64,000 nucleotides of DNA from Escherichia phage vB_EcoM_JB75. Positions 48,302 to 58,194 of the stretch are shown here, piece by piece. The notes beneath the pieces are model-generated. The model did not search any database. It saw nothing but the letters and a program-made list of their open reading frames with translations, and was not told the DNA's origin. The position numbers and the translations under genes were made by a program. Positions within the stretch are counted from its first letter, which is position 1, and each line of letters opens with the position of its first letter. The stretch lies in the sequence record MH355584.1. The stretch is one strand, 5' to 3'.

Positions 48302-49311
48302 TGAAAACAGTAATGAAAAGCTATTTTGGTAGTCATCTTTATGGAACTTCTACTCCAGAATCTGATGTAGATTTTAAAGAAATCTTTGTTCCTCCTGCTC
48401 GTGATATTCTTATCGGAAATGTTAAAGAGCATATGAGTAAAAACACTAACAACACATCATCTAAAAACACTAAAGATGATATTGACCACGAATTGTATAG
48501 TCTTAAATATTTCTTTAAATTAGCAGCAGATGGTGAAACTGTAGCGTTAGATATGCTTCACACTCCACCTGAGTTAGTGGTTAAATCTGATTTGCCTGAT
48601 GTGTGGAAGTTTATTCAAGACAACCGTTCTCGTTTTTATACGACTAACATGAAATCCTATTTAGGATATGTCCGTAAGCAAGCTTCTAAATACGGCGTTA
48701 AGGGTTCTCGTTTGGCTGCATTACGCGATGTATTGAAAGTAGTTAATCAAATCCCTGAGCAATGGGTTGATTACCAAGAAGATGGTTCTATTAAGCAACG
48801 TCGCACTAAAGTTGAAGATATTAAGCATCGTCTTCCAGAAAACGAGTTCTGTGAATGGGTGTTCCATAATCATGAGAAAACAGGCCCACAAACGTTCTAC
48901 ACTGTGTTGGGTCGTAAATATCAGACAACACTTTCTCTTATTGAGCTTAAGCAGTCTTTGAATAAACTTGATGCCGAATACGGTGAACGCGCTCGTAAGG
49001 CTGAAGCGAATGAGGGCATTGACTGGAAAGCTTTGAGTCATGCTTGTCGTGGTGGACTCCAACTATTGGAAATTTACAAAACTGGTGACTTAGTCTATCC
49101 ACTTCAAGACGCTCCATTTATTCTCGACGTGAAGTTGGGTAAACATCCATTTAAAACTGTTCAAGAGTTTTTGGAAGATGTGGTCGATCAAGTAGAAGCA
49201 GCATCTACTGAAGCTTCTAAGAACGGTATGCAGCAAAAAGTAGACATGGGTTTCTGGGATGACTTCCTTGAGAAGGTCTATCTCGAAAACCATCGAAGTT
49301 ATTATAAATGA
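48298..49311 (+). CDS. predicted nucleotidyltransferase (Pol-beta-like fold)
   Basis: 337 aa; N-terminal FGSHLYGTSTPESDVDF fits the GS-x(9-13)-DxD signature; terminator follows. Confidence 0.55.
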   Translation: MMKTVMKSYFGSHLYGTSTPESDVDFKEIFVPPARDILIGNVKEHMSKNTNNTSSKNTKDDIDHELYSLKYFFKLAADGETVALDMLHTPPELVVKSDLPDVWKFIQDNRSRFYTTNMKSYLGYVRKQASKYGVKGSRLAALRDVLKVVNQIPEQWVDYQEDGSIKQRRTKVEDIKHRLPENEFCEWVFHNHEKTGPQTFYTVLGRKYQTTLSLIELKQSLNKLDAEYGERARKAEANEGIDWKALSHACRGGLQLLEIYKTGDLVYPLQDAPFILDVKLGKHPFKTVQEFLEDVVDQVEAASTEASKNGMQQKVDMGFWDDFLEKVYLENHRSYYK

Positions 49312-49312
49312 T

Positions 49313-49336
49313 AGGGAGCCTTCGGGCTCCCTTTTT
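49313..49336 (+). terminator. rho-independent terminator
   Basis: GGGAGCC-TTCG-GGCTCCC followed by TTTTTT. Confidence 0.7.
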
Positions 49337-49358
49337 TATTTAAAAATTTTTTCACAAA

Positions 49359-49394
49359 ATTGTTTACAAGCATAAAGCTTTATGGTACTATACA
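49359..49394 (+). promoter_or_regulatory. T4-type early promoter
   Basis: TTTTTTCACAAAATTGTTTACAAG ... TATGGTACTATACAACTATC. Confidence 0.55.
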
Positions 49395-49428
49395 ACTATC
49401 AAAACAAACACTTAAACGGAAAAACAAA

Positions 49429-49578
49429 ATGAAAATTACACCAATTGAAGTAAAAAAGTTGATTGACACAGAAGAAATTTCAGAGTGTTTTGAAAGTTTC
49501 TTAGAAGATGCAACTGAAGATAATGCAGTTTATCTCGCTCAGAAAATTATCGAAACTTATTTGGAGAAGAATCAATGA
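49429..49578 (+). CDS. small hypothetical protein
   Basis: Track ORF 49360-49578 overlaps the promoter; plausible start at ATG 49429 (49 aa). Confidence 0.4.
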   Translation: MKITPIEVKKLIDTEEISECFESFLEDATEDNAVYLAQKIIETYLEKNQ

Positions 49579-49838
49579 CAGTTTACGTAGATGTTTTAAT
49601 GAATCATGGATGGAAACTTCGCGGTCATCCAACTAAAAATTGTCATATGTTCACTGATGGAGATATTGAAGAGCTTCATGAAATGGCAGAAGCAATAGGA
49701 ATGAAACGTTTTTGGTTTCAAGATAAACGCATTAAACATTATGACTTACACGCTCGCCGACGCCAAAAAGCTGTAGAACTTGGAGCTGTAGAAGTATCTC
49801 GCCGTGAAGCGGTAAAAATTTGGCGAACGTTAAAATAA
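49575..49838 (+). CDS. hypothetical protein
   Basis: 87 aa coupled ORF. Confidence 0.5.
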   Translation: MTVYVDVLMNHGWKLRGHPTKNCHMFTDGDIEELHEMAEAIGMKRFWFQDKRIKHYDLHARRRQKAVELGAVEVSRREAVKIWRTLK

Positions 49839-49880
49839 ATTGTTTACAGAAGGGTAGTAGTGTGATACTATTACCCTATC
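49838..49880 (+). promoter_or_regulatory. T4-type early promoter with dyad-embedded -10 (upstream of P-loop ATPase)
   Basis: ATTGTTTACAGAAGGGTAGTAGTGTGATACTATTACCCTATC; GGGTA ... TACCC dyad as in the IP-gene promoters. Confidence 0.55.
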
Positions 49881-49907
49881 AAAACAAATGTGAGATTGGA
49901 GAATAAA

Positions 49908-50876
49908 ATGAAAACTGTAACTATCAATAAGGGTATCTACTTCGGTAAAGAAATCTCTGGAACTTTTGAGCTCTTAGGTGAATGGTTCCCAGATAATGCT
50001 CCGGTAGATGCACAAGGAGATGGTAAAGTTTTTGTTGAAATTGACGGTAAGCGTCGCGGTGTTTGGGTTTACAAATCAGACATTTCATATGATGGTGTAA
50101 AAGTTGAAGAAGTTAAAGAATCATATGAAGATATGAAAACCCGCATTAATAAAAGATTTAATGTTATGGGAATGATGACGAATGGTATTATTAACGGAAA
50201 CATTCGTTCATTAATTATCTCGGGAGCAGCAGGTATTGGTAAAACGTATTCTTTAGATAAAGCTTTAAATAAAGCAAATGATATTGGATACATTGAATAT
50301 AAAAGCATTAACGGTAAAATCTCTGGTATCGGTCTTTATGAACAGCTCTGGAATAATCGTGAAGAGAATTCTGTCCTTTTGATTGATGATGTGGATGTTT
50401 TCTCTGATATGGACATTCTTAATCTTCTGAAAGCTGCTCTGGACACTGGAGAGACCCGTAAAGTCTGCTGGAGCACTGCATCTTCTTACTTAGAAGAAAA
50501 AGGCATTGAGCGTGAGTTTGAATTTAAAGGAACGATTGTTTTTATCACAAACGTTGATATTGACCGCGAATTAGACCGTGGTACTAAACTTGCTCCACAT
50601 TTACAAGCATTAGTGTCCCGCTCAGTTTATTTAGATTTGGGTGTTCACACTAATGAAGAAATTATGGTCAGGGTTGAAGATGTTATTCTTTCAACCGACA
50701 TGATGCAAAAGCGCGGTCTTTCTGATGAAGAAACTTATAAAGCATTATCATGGATGAAAGTTAATGTTAATCGTTTACGCAATGTTTCACTGCGTACTGC
50801 TCTTTATCTTGCTGACTTTATTATGACCGACAAAAACGGTTGGGAAGAAATCGCTGAGGTTACTCTTCTGAAATAA
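49908..50876 (+). CDS. P-loop ATPase
   Basis: Walker A SGAAGIGKTYS, Walker B LLIDDVD; start taken at ATG 49908 behind GGAGAA. Confidence 0.6.
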   Translation: MKTVTINKGIYFGKEISGTFELLGEWFPDNAPVDAQGDGKVFVEIDGKRRGVWVYKSDISYDGVKVEEVKESYEDMKTRINKRFNVMGMMTNGIINGNIRSLIISGAAGIGKTYSLDKALNKANDIGYIEYKSINGKISGIGLYEQLWNNREENSVLLIDDVDVFSDMDILNLLKAALDTGETRKVCWSTASSYLEEKGIEREFEFKGTIVFITNVDIDRELDRGTKLAPHLQALVSRSVYLDLGVHTNEEIMVRVEDVILSTDMMQKRGLSDEETYKALSWMKVNVNRLRNVSLRTALYLADFIMTDKNGWEEIAEVTLLK

Positions 50877-50975
50877 ATTCATAAGAGGACTTCTATGACA
50901 AAAAGGCAGTTCAGAAATAGATTATATGGACTGCCATTAAAAAGATGACTAGAATTAAACTGGTGAATGGAGGTA

Positions 50976-51281
50976 ATGATGTTATACTCAAAGGCTCGTG
51001 AAATTTACGAAACTAAAATTAAAGAAGCAGTATTTAAGTTCGCAACGACAATGCGATGGACAAATGACTGGGAGTATTCAAAAAATCATAAGAAGCCCAT
51101 GGTGACAAGAAAGGCTCATATGTTAGTGTTAATAGACCGTGAGCAGATTAAAGCCCGAGAAGCCCTCCAGAATCATAAAAAGGCTGCCTTTGAATGGTTT
51201 ATGGATAACACTGCTCCTGAGACTAAGAAAGCGGTAAGCGCATGGTTCAGTGGAAAAAATTGTGAAAGAAGTTTCTTTTAG
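50976..51281 (+). CDS. hypothetical protein
   Basis: Track ORF from 50967; start ambiguous between adjacent ATGs behind GGAGG. Confidence 0.45.
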   Translation: MMLYSKAREIYETKIKEAVFKFATTMRWTNDWEYSKNHKKPMVTRKAHMLVLIDREQIKAREALQNHKKAAFEWFMDNTAPETKKAVSAWFSGKNCERSFF

Positions 51282-51316
51282 TGGTTTACAAGACTGTTCC
51301 TCTGTGGTACTATACA
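51282..51316 (+). promoter_or_regulatory. T4-type early promoter
   Basis: GTGGTTTACAAG ... TGTGGTACTATACAACTATC. Confidence 0.55.
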
Positions 51317-51340
51317 ACTATCAACTACGGAGGAACAAAA

Positions 51341-51868
51341 ATGAATGCTAAAGATATTTTCAACTTGGTAAACTACAATGATGGTAAATTTAAATCTGAA
51401 GCTCAAAGCAAGTTCTTTAATGATGTCTCAATCGGTGGTGAAATCACGGTTGATGGAGGACAAATTTACAAATCCCGTTGGAATTGGATCGTTATTATTG
51501 ATGAGATTGGTATTGTAGAAATTTACAAGAATACGAATAAAAATCGTACATTACACTGGTCTCGTGATACTAACGAACAGTACAAAAAGGATAAAGCATC
51601 TAAATTATCTCGTGTAACTCAAGAAGATATTGAGTTCATCAAGAAAGATATTTTGATGTATGATAACTTAATTGCTGAAGAGCAAGCTGTTATTGATAAA
51701 TTTGATGAGATTAAAGCTTCTCGTGAAATTCCTGATTTTATGAAAGAATCAGTAAATGAACGATACACTCTCATTTCAGAGCGTATTGAAACTTACAAAA
51801 AGCAAAGAGCTGAACGCCAGAATACTCTTCGGAAGTTTGAAGAACGGTTAAAGACGGTACTCGCATAA
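51341..51868 (+). CDS. hypothetical protein
   Basis: Track ORF from 51281 overlaps promoter; ATG at 51341 behind GGAGGAA; 175 aa. Confidence 0.5.
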   Translation: MNAKDIFNLVNYNDGKFKSEAQSKFFNDVSIGGEITVDGGQIYKSRWNWIVIIDEIGIVEIYKNTNKNRTLHWSRDTNEQYKKDKASKLSRVTQEDIEFIKKDILMYDNLIAEEQAVIDKFDEIKASREIPDFMKESVNERYTLISERIETYKKQRAERQNTLRKFEERLKTVLA

Positions 51869-51923
51869 CCGCTTTATACCAAGGATGGTATAATGGTTCT
51901 AAGCCCTTTTAATTGAGATTATT

Positions 51924-52328
51924 ATGAAACAGTTGATAATTAAAAGATTGAATTTATTGATATGTTGTTTATGTGTAGTAGTTGCATATGGTTATTATGC
52001 AATTAATGATTATATGCATTATAAAGATTATGATGTTACTGTAGTTAATACCCTTACAGGAACTCAAGGAAAGGGGTCTAGTTTATCGTTTATTGCCGTA
52101 TATGAACTCAAAGACGGTTATAGATTTAGTGAATATATTTCACCAGAGATGTATTCATCAATAGAAAAAGGCGATAATATTACTGTAAGTTTACGTCCTT
52201 TCGACGTAAAACAGACATTGTTTGATAATATTGTTTGGTTCTTTGGAATGGTATTAGTTCAATCTGTATGCGGTGCTTATATAGTCTTTTCCATCATATT
52301 CTGTGTATTTAGTAAAATTGAAAATTGA
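51924..52328 (+). CDS. membrane protein
   Basis: 134 aa with N- and C-terminal hydrophobic helices. Confidence 0.5.
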   Translation: MKQLIIKRLNLLICCLCVVVAYGYYAINDYMHYKDYDVTVVNTLTGTQGKGSSLSFIAVYELKDGYRFSEYISPEMYSSIEKGDNITVSLRPFDVKQTLFDNIVWFFGMVLVQSVCGAYIVFSIIFCVFSKIEN

Positions 52329-52339
52329 GTGAGGAAAAT

Positions 52340-53230
52340 ATGTCAGTAGTAATTAATAATGTCAATGCAGTAATTAAATCTTTAGTTAATAAAAAAATGA
52401 TGAATGAATGGACTGTACTTCGTCGTGGAGAGCCAGATAAATTTTTTCATAGATTTAACCCAACTTTGGATTTGAATGTTATTGACAGAGATGTTCATGC
52501 CAAAATTTTAGATAAATTTAAAGTTGATATTGGATTTGGATTAGAAAAACATTTACAGCGAACAAACGGGTCTGGAATGAGTTTATCTAATCGCATCATG
52601 AAAGCCCTTAATAAAATTGGAGCGTTGTCTCGTATTAACGCGAGTGAAATCCTTCGCAATTATAATAAAGGATATGACCTTTATGGTCGACTAATGCCGA
52701 AATTATCATTTGACCAAATGATTGCGGATTTGTGGGAAAATCAACGACGATTATTAGCATTAGGCGCTCGATTAGCTAAAGGTCTAGATAAACAAATGAT
52801 TTTTAAGACCAATAATACAGAAGACCTTAAATGCTTTAAATTTAGTACTCGTGGAGATGATTATTACATCAGAGCTCACTCTACAGATTATGTCAATATG
52901 GGGCATCATCTCTGTTTAGCTTTTGAAGTTTTAAAAGAAGCTGGAACATTAGAATATTCATCTGGTGCTAAATGTCCGATTGGTTCAAGTTGTATTTTAA
53001 TTTATCGCCCGGATGAATCCAGTTCATCTAAATTACCTACAAAACCTGTACCAGTTCGCAGTAATGAAAAACATTCTGAACAAATTGCTTATTTTAATAA
53101 GCAGATTGAAGAGCTAAATATTTCTATTCAGCAATATGATGATGAAATTTTCAGACTATCTGGATTGAGTAGTAAAGCTAAATCTGAGCGTGAAAAATTA
53201 ATTAAAATCGTTGATTTACTTAAATCTTAA
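52340..53230 (+). CDS. paralogous family protein 1 (C-terminal coiled coil)
   Basis: Track ORF from TTG 52325; ATG 52340 behind GAGGAA; about 296 aa. Confidence 0.55.
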   Translation: MSVVINNVNAVIKSLVNKKMMNEWTVLRRGEPDKFFHRFNPTLDLNVIDRDVHAKILDKFKVDIGFGLEKHLQRTNGSGMSLSNRIMKALNKIGALSRINASEILRNYNKGYDLYGRLMPKLSFDQMIADLWENQRRLLALGARLAKGLDKQMIFKTNNTEDLKCFKFSTRGDDYYIRAHSTDYVNMGHHLCLAFEVLKEAGTLEYSSGAKCPIGSSCILIYRPDESSSSKLPTKPVPVRSNEKHSEQIAYFNKQIEELNISIQQYDDEIFRLSGLSSKAKSEREKLIKIVDLLKS

Positions 53231-53238
53231 GGAACACC

Positions 53239-54267
53239 ATGAAAACTCGTTCTCAAATTGAAGATATGGTTCGTAATGCCAGCTATACTCGTGATGTTAT
53301 GACATTTTTGTGTGAAAATAATTTAGACCCTGATAAAGTTAATCGTGTTATTCATCACTTTAAGTATACGAATAGCAGTGAATGGGTGCGTAATTTTAGT
53401 AAAGCAGGGTATATTACACAAATGACTGCTCGTGAACAGCTCACCGATTTCTGTAAAACTATTGATTATAAAAATCCTTTGATTGTTCAAGGCGTTGGTC
53501 AAAGTAAGGTCGATTTATCATCTGGATTTTTCAATCCAAATCATTATCGAATTGAATGGAGATTTATTGCTCTGTTCCGTAGACAATTAAAGCAAATTTT
53601 GTCGACGGCTAGTCGATTAAAAGGTTCTGACATTAACTTAAAGAACCTGAAATTTGATGGTTATACTCTTCAGATGGAAGTAAGACCGTTAAAAGAAAAT
53701 AATAGAACTGCACGAATTAGCTTTAAGCCTAATACTAAAAATTCTCTTTCAATTTGTGAATGTCTTAAATCACAGCTGACAGAAGCATTTAAGTATATGG
53801 ATGTTGTTGCTGCTGTTCAATCTAAGATTTTACCTCGTTTTGAGCGAAATTGGGAACATACAACAACATATGAACTTGATATGATCGTTTCATTTAAATA
53901 TGAATTTTTGAGAAAGGATGAAATTGTTCAAGAGAAAAAGCAGGAAGTGCAAGATACCTTAAATTTAAATTTATCCAATTACTTATCAAACGATCCTAAA
54001 TGTTGGATGTACAGTTCAAGTAACATAGATGCATGTAAACTTAATAAAGTGAGTTTTCTTCCTACTGAAAATTCAAATTTTAAACCTGTAGAAAAATGGC
54101 ACGCTGATGCGATTGAAAAGTCTCTTAAGGCAGTAGATGATGAACTCGTTAAAGCGACCAATGAAATGCTAGAAGCTGAAAAGGCGTTAGAACAAGCTCA
54201 GTCAAGGGTTCAAAATCTGGCAAAGCAACGTTCTAAACTGAACAATGCACTAAATGCACTGAACTAG
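53239..54267 (+). CDS. paralogous family protein 2 (C-terminal coiled coil)
   Basis: 342 aa; internal RFIALFRRQLKQILSTASRL motif shared with neighbours. Confidence 0.55.
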   Translation: MKTRSQIEDMVRNASYTRDVMTFLCENNLDPDKVNRVIHHFKYTNSSEWVRNFSKAGYITQMTAREQLTDFCKTIDYKNPLIVQGVGQSKVDLSSGFFNPNHYRIEWRFIALFRRQLKQILSTASRLKGSDINLKNLKFDGYTLQMEVRPLKENNRTARISFKPNTKNSLSICECLKSQLTEAFKYMDVVAAVQSKILPRFERNWEHTTTYELDMIVSFKYEFLRKDEIVQEKKQEVQDTLNLNLSNYLSNDPKCWMYSSSNIDACKLNKVSFLPTENSNFKPVEKWHADAIEKSLKAVDDELVKATNEMLEAEKALEQAQSRVQNLAKQRSKLNNALNALN

Positions 54268-54298
54268 TTTACTTTGCCACAAGGATGTGGTATAATGT
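54265..54298 (+). promoter_or_regulatory. T4-type early promoter (inside the paralogue array)
   Basis: TAGTTTACTTTG ... TGTGGTATAATGT. Confidence 0.55.
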
Positions 54299-54321
54299 TT
54301 TTACTTTCTACTGAGGAGATT

Positions 54322-55326
54322 ATTATGACTCGTAACGAATATATCAAATCATTCAATAGCGTTATTGATGATAAAGCTATACCGATGTTTGGCCAAAATA
54401 GCGTTCTTTCTATTATCAATCAATGGCTCAATAGTGTTGATGCAAGTATTGTTTCTTCTACTAAATTTATTCATGAAATTCGTAAAATTTCTAGCCGTGT
54501 AGATAAAGATGTTATCAAGAAAACCTTTAAAGAGTCTCGTCTTCTTTCATATTTGGTTAATCGGGATATTCTTGGTAATTTTGGGAAAGAAATTAAACGA
54601 ACTAAAGATGTAGTAGGATACAATTGGTTCGGTGATGTTAATTCTTATCATCTTAATATTAAAGAAGACCCTGAGAATATTTTTACTCGTCGTTGGATCA
54701 GTAATTTCAGACTTTTTAAGAAACAAATTCTAAAATCAGCTTCTAAATTATGTTATGGCGATTATCGTCAAATTCATCCTTTGGCTTCTGATATGATTAT
54801 CATAAAAGAATATGAACTTGATAAAAATAAAGTATCTATTTTTGTGAATTATGGATTTTTTACACCAGAAACTAACCAAAAGAATATTAATAAATTTTTC
54901 TCAATTGCTAGCACTATAACTCGTCAATTAGAGACCGCATTACTTTGTATGGAAACAGTAGAAAATATTCATACATATCCTTTTAAGAATATATGCGGTT
55001 GGGAAGGATATAAACTCGTAATTAGCCTTCGTGAAGTGAAATGTGCTTATTCACCTACTGATAAAGAAATTTACCAACAAAAATGTGATGAAATTGTGAA
55101 TACTCCTAAAGAAGAAACTACCCTTGAGGAACTAATGGAATGTCTTGATGATTCACCTGAACCGATAGAAATTCGTCCAGAAGTTATTGCACTAGAAAAA
55201 GCTTATAAAGAAGTTCTAGAAATTTCTAATAAAGCGCAGAAAGAATATGAGCAGGCTAAAAGGATTTGGGAAGAATCTGTTAATCGTCTTGATCGTCTGG
55301 AACAAGCTTTACAGTTAATTAAGTAA
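54322..55326 (+). CDS. paralogous family protein 3 (C-terminal coiled coil)
   Basis: Track ORF from 54274 overlaps promoter; ATG 54322 behind GAGGAG; about 334 aa. Confidence 0.55.
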   Translation: MMTRNEYIKSFNSVIDDKAIPMFGQNSVLSIINQWLNSVDASIVSSTKFIHEIRKISSRVDKDVIKKTFKESRLLSYLVNRDILGNFGKEIKRTKDVVGYNWFGDVNSYHLNIKEDPENIFTRRWISNFRLFKKQILKSASKLCYGDYRQIHPLASDMIIIKEYELDKNKVSIFVNYGFFTPETNQKNINKFFSIASTITRQLETALLCMETVENIHTYPFKNICGWEGYKLVISLREVKCAYSPTDKEIYQQKCDEIVNTPKEETTLEELMECLDDSPEPIEIRPEVIALEKAYKEVLEISNKAQKEYEQAKRIWEESVNRLDRLEQALQLIK

Positions 55327-55378
55327 TTTAAAGCCAAGGATGGCTCGGAGTATAAATCATTAACCAAGTGAGAAGAAC

Positions 55379-56305
55379 ATGAAAACTCGTAAACATTATA
55401 TTGATTATTTTGACAGTCTTATTACTAAACATCGTAATTATCAGATAGGACACAGAGCAGTAATCAATAATATTCTTCGTGATTTTTTAGACTATATTGG
55501 ATGGGAAAACCATATTTGTAAAGATACACAAAATGCGTATTCACATTCTCTTGGTTCTTTGCTCGAGTGGTTCAAACGTTCCCGATTACTATCTTCTGTG
55601 ATAGCTGTTAATAATGTTAAAAAATTTATGTATCCAAGCTACATTGAGACTAATGTATCAAATGCTAGTGTTGTTACATTTAATATTATTAACGACGTGA
55701 AAAGAACTTATTTAGAAGAATGGTTTTCTAAAGATAGTAAAGAAAAATTTGCTAGTGAATTTTCACACGAATTCAATAATAACGTGAATATGCTTTTTAA
55801 GCATTCTCGTAGACTGTTTTGTCATGGTGATAACCGTACTATTAATGTGAATGTAAAAGACTGGGTTACGGCTAAATTCACTCCATCGTCCCAGAATGGG
55901 CAATTTGAATTGTCAATTATCATTTGTGCTCCGCACGAGATATATAAAAATCTTCCGTATATGAAACCACGCGAAGCTAATAAACACAATGAAACTATTA
56001 GTTCTTTGGCTTATAATTTACGCGTGTTATTATCTGATATGGATGTAGTCAAATCCTTTGATGATAATACGAATTATGGTCTTTCGCTGTTTGAAACTAA
56101 ATTTGTTATTAAATTAAAGGACCCTAGTGAATTTAAACCTACCCCAAAATCCAATCATGGAAATGATACTATGAAAGAAGAACGCGAATATCTCAGTGCC
56201 CGTTTGATTGAAGTTGAAAAACAGATTGAAGAGCATACTAAAGTTCTTAAGGCTTTAACCGCCAAAGCAAATGGTTTACGTAATGCTATTGAGGTATTGA
56301 AATGA
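55379..56305 (+). CDS. paralogous family protein 4 (C-terminal coiled coil)
   Basis: 308 aa; N-terminus MKTRKHYIDYFDSLI parallels MKTRSQIEDMVRN of protein 2. Confidence 0.55.
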   Translation: MKTRKHYIDYFDSLITKHRNYQIGHRAVINNILRDFLDYIGWENHICKDTQNAYSHSLGSLLEWFKRSRLLSSVIAVNNVKKFMYPSYIETNVSNASVVTFNIINDVKRTYLEEWFSKDSKEKFASEFSHEFNNNVNMLFKHSRRLFCHGDNRTINVNVKDWVTAKFTPSSQNGQFELSIIICAPHEIYKNLPYMKPREANKHNETISSLAYNLRVLLSDMDVVKSFDDNTNYGLSLFETKFVIKLKDPSEFKPTPKSNHGNDTMKEEREYLSARLIEVEKQIEEHTKVLKALTAKANGLRNAIEVLK

Positions 56306-56691
56306 AAAAGCGTTTATTAGAAGACATTGCAGCTTCAAGTAATTCCAGTTTAATTAAAATTATTATGGCTGGTGAGGAAGATGATATGGAAATGCGTGGA
56401 AAGATTCACGGCTGCGACGATTTAGATTTTAAACCTCCAGCATGGGATGCTATTATGGCTATGGTTGAACGACGTGAAAGAGCTTCTAAAAACGTTCCTA
56501 ATTGCCCTGAATGCGGTACTGAACAAGTTCAATTGATTAACTGGCGTAAACCAGAGCTTGAATATAAATGCCGTCAATGTAAACATAAATTCAGTAAGCA
56601 TGCTCCGGAAATGGTTAAATTGCCTGACTCTACTGAGTTCTTTAAAGAACTTGTGAGTGTTCAACCAATGCCTAATAATATTTTGGATTAA
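56302..56691 (+). CDS. zinc-ribbon protein
   Basis: 129 aa; CPECG...CRQC pattern. Confidence 0.5.
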   Translation: MKKRLLEDIAASSNSSLIKIIMAGEEDDMEMRGKIHGCDDLDFKPPAWDAIMAMVERRERASKNVPNCPECGTEQVQLINWRKPELEYKCRQCKHKFSKHAPEMVKLPDSTEFFKELVSVQPMPNNILD

Positions 56692-56693
56692 AA

Positions 56694-56936
56694 ATGACCA
56701 AGCGTAAAGAATATATGGAGGCTGCTGAAAAGGCAGTCCGTGAATTAGCAATAGCTTATTATAATGAACATGGTAAATTTCCTGATAGATACAGCGTGCT
56801 TAAATCTGCTTTAACTCGTTCATATAAAAATATGCTATCAGAAGTAAGTGATATTATATACAAACATAAAGAACAAACGGGCCAAAGTCTTGATTACGAC
56901 GAGACTTTTAAACAAGTACTAGGAATTAAGGAATAA
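56694..56936 (+). CDS. hypothetical protein
   Basis: 80 aa coupled ORF. Confidence 0.5.
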   Translation: MTKRKEYMEAAEKAVRELAIAYYNEHGKFPDRYSVLKSALTRSYKNMLSEVSDIIYKHKEQTGQSLDYDETFKQVLGIKE

Positions 56937-56937
56937 T

Positions 56938-57201
56938 ATGTTTAAAGTATATGGTTATGATAGCAACATTCATAAATGTGTGTATTGCGATAATGCAAAA
57001 CGTCTTTTGACCGTGAAGAAACAGCCGTTTGAATTTATCAACATTATGCCGGAAAAAGGTGTTTTTGATGATGAGAAAATTGCTGAGCTTCTGACTAAAC
57101 TAGGTCGTGATACTCAAATCGGCTTGACAATGCCCCAGGTATTTGCTCCTGATGGAAGTCATATTGGTGGATTTGACCAACTGCGAGAATATTTTAAATG
57201 A
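56938..57201 (+). CDS. nrdC: glutaredoxin/thioredoxin NrdC
   Basis: 87 aa; active site CVYC; matches recalled T4 NrdC. Confidence 0.9.
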   Translation: MFKVYGYDSNIHKCVYCDNAKRLLTVKKQPFEFINIMPEKGVFDDEKIAELLTKLGRDTQIGLTMPQVFAPDGSHIGGFDQLREYFK

Positions 57202-57413
57202 TGCTCGAAGGAACTGACTATATTCATGATTACCGCGGAAGCGCGGTATATGTAGGTGATGAAGTTGCAGTTTATTATGGGTATGGAACTTTGATGACAG
57301 CCAAGGTTATTCAAATTAAAAATAATCGTGCTAAACTCGAAGTTTATTATTCTAATGGTGAAAAGTCTATTTCTAAGTGGAAATACGGCGATTGTATGGT
57401 TAAATTGGGGTAA
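57198..57413 (+). CDS. hypothetical protein
   Basis: 71 aa coupled ORF. Confidence 0.5.
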   Translation: MMLEGTDYIHDYRGSAVYVGDEVAVYYGYGTLMTAKVIQIKNNRAKLEVYYSNGEKSISKWKYGDCMVKLG

Positions 57414-57415
57414 AT

Positions 57416-57586
57416 ATGATTTACGATATTAATGTATCAAGAACTCCGTCAATGGTTACTATTCCAGCCGAAGAACTAGATCGTCTTCAGAAAATTGAAG
57501 AGCTTCTTTGGGAAATTGAATCTGATTTGCCATCAGGATTAGAATCCTGGATTGATTATGAAGAACTTAATAAGCTTCGGGGTTAA
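57416..57586 (+). CDS. small hypothetical protein (not in ORF track, 56 aa)
   Basis: ATG at 57416 right after upstream stop. Confidence 0.35.
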   Translation: MIYDINVSRTPSMVTIPAEELDRLQKIEELLWEIESDLPSGLESWIDYEELNKLRG

Positions 57587-57708
57587 ACCTTGGTGGGCGG
57601 CTAGATGGGAAACTGTAGAGCCAGAGCCGGAAGAACCGGTTTACACTGATGAAGAAACAGTATATAATGAACCAACGATAAATGACTTAATTGATATGGA
57701 GATGGGAC

Positions 57709-58194
57709 ATGATTACAGTAGATAAGTGGTTTAGAATTAATCGTGTTGATACAGGGCTATGTAATTACTGGCCGGAACTTAGTGCAGGTACTGTCTTTAA
57801 AGTTCGTGAACTTGCAAAAGAATGTGAAGATGATATAGAACCTGATACTGGAATTATTGAAATTGAACTTTCCGACGGAAAGATTATTAACATCTATGAT
57901 AAGCCAATTACATACTGGTGTTTGTGGAATACTGAATCCGTTGAAAATGGCGAAATTGAAGAAGTTGTAGAGAGAACTAGCCAAGATGTTCAGAAGCCTA
58001 AAGCCGCTTTTCAAGGTGAACGTATTTCATACGCATTAGCTAAATTAGCTGCGCAAGAAAATAATGATGGCTATGAAGGTAACCTGATGCAAGCTGCCGC
58101 AGAGTACATTGAATGGCTTGAAACTCAAATTTCTTTTTCTGACCAAAAGATTCGGCAATATAAGCGATTGCATCAAATGTTTTACAATACTTGA
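57709..58194 (+). CDS. hypothetical protein (start uncertain)
   Basis: Track ORF from TTG 57691; ATG 57709 behind GGAGATGGG gives 161 aa. Confidence 0.5.
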   Translation: MITVDKWFRINRVDTGLCNYWPELSAGTVFKVRELAKECEDDIEPDTGIIEIELSDGKIINIYDKPITYWCLWNTESVENGEIEEVVERTSQDVQKPKAAFQGERISYALAKLAAQENNDGYEGNLMQAAAEYIEWLETQISFSDQKIRQYKRLHQMFYNT

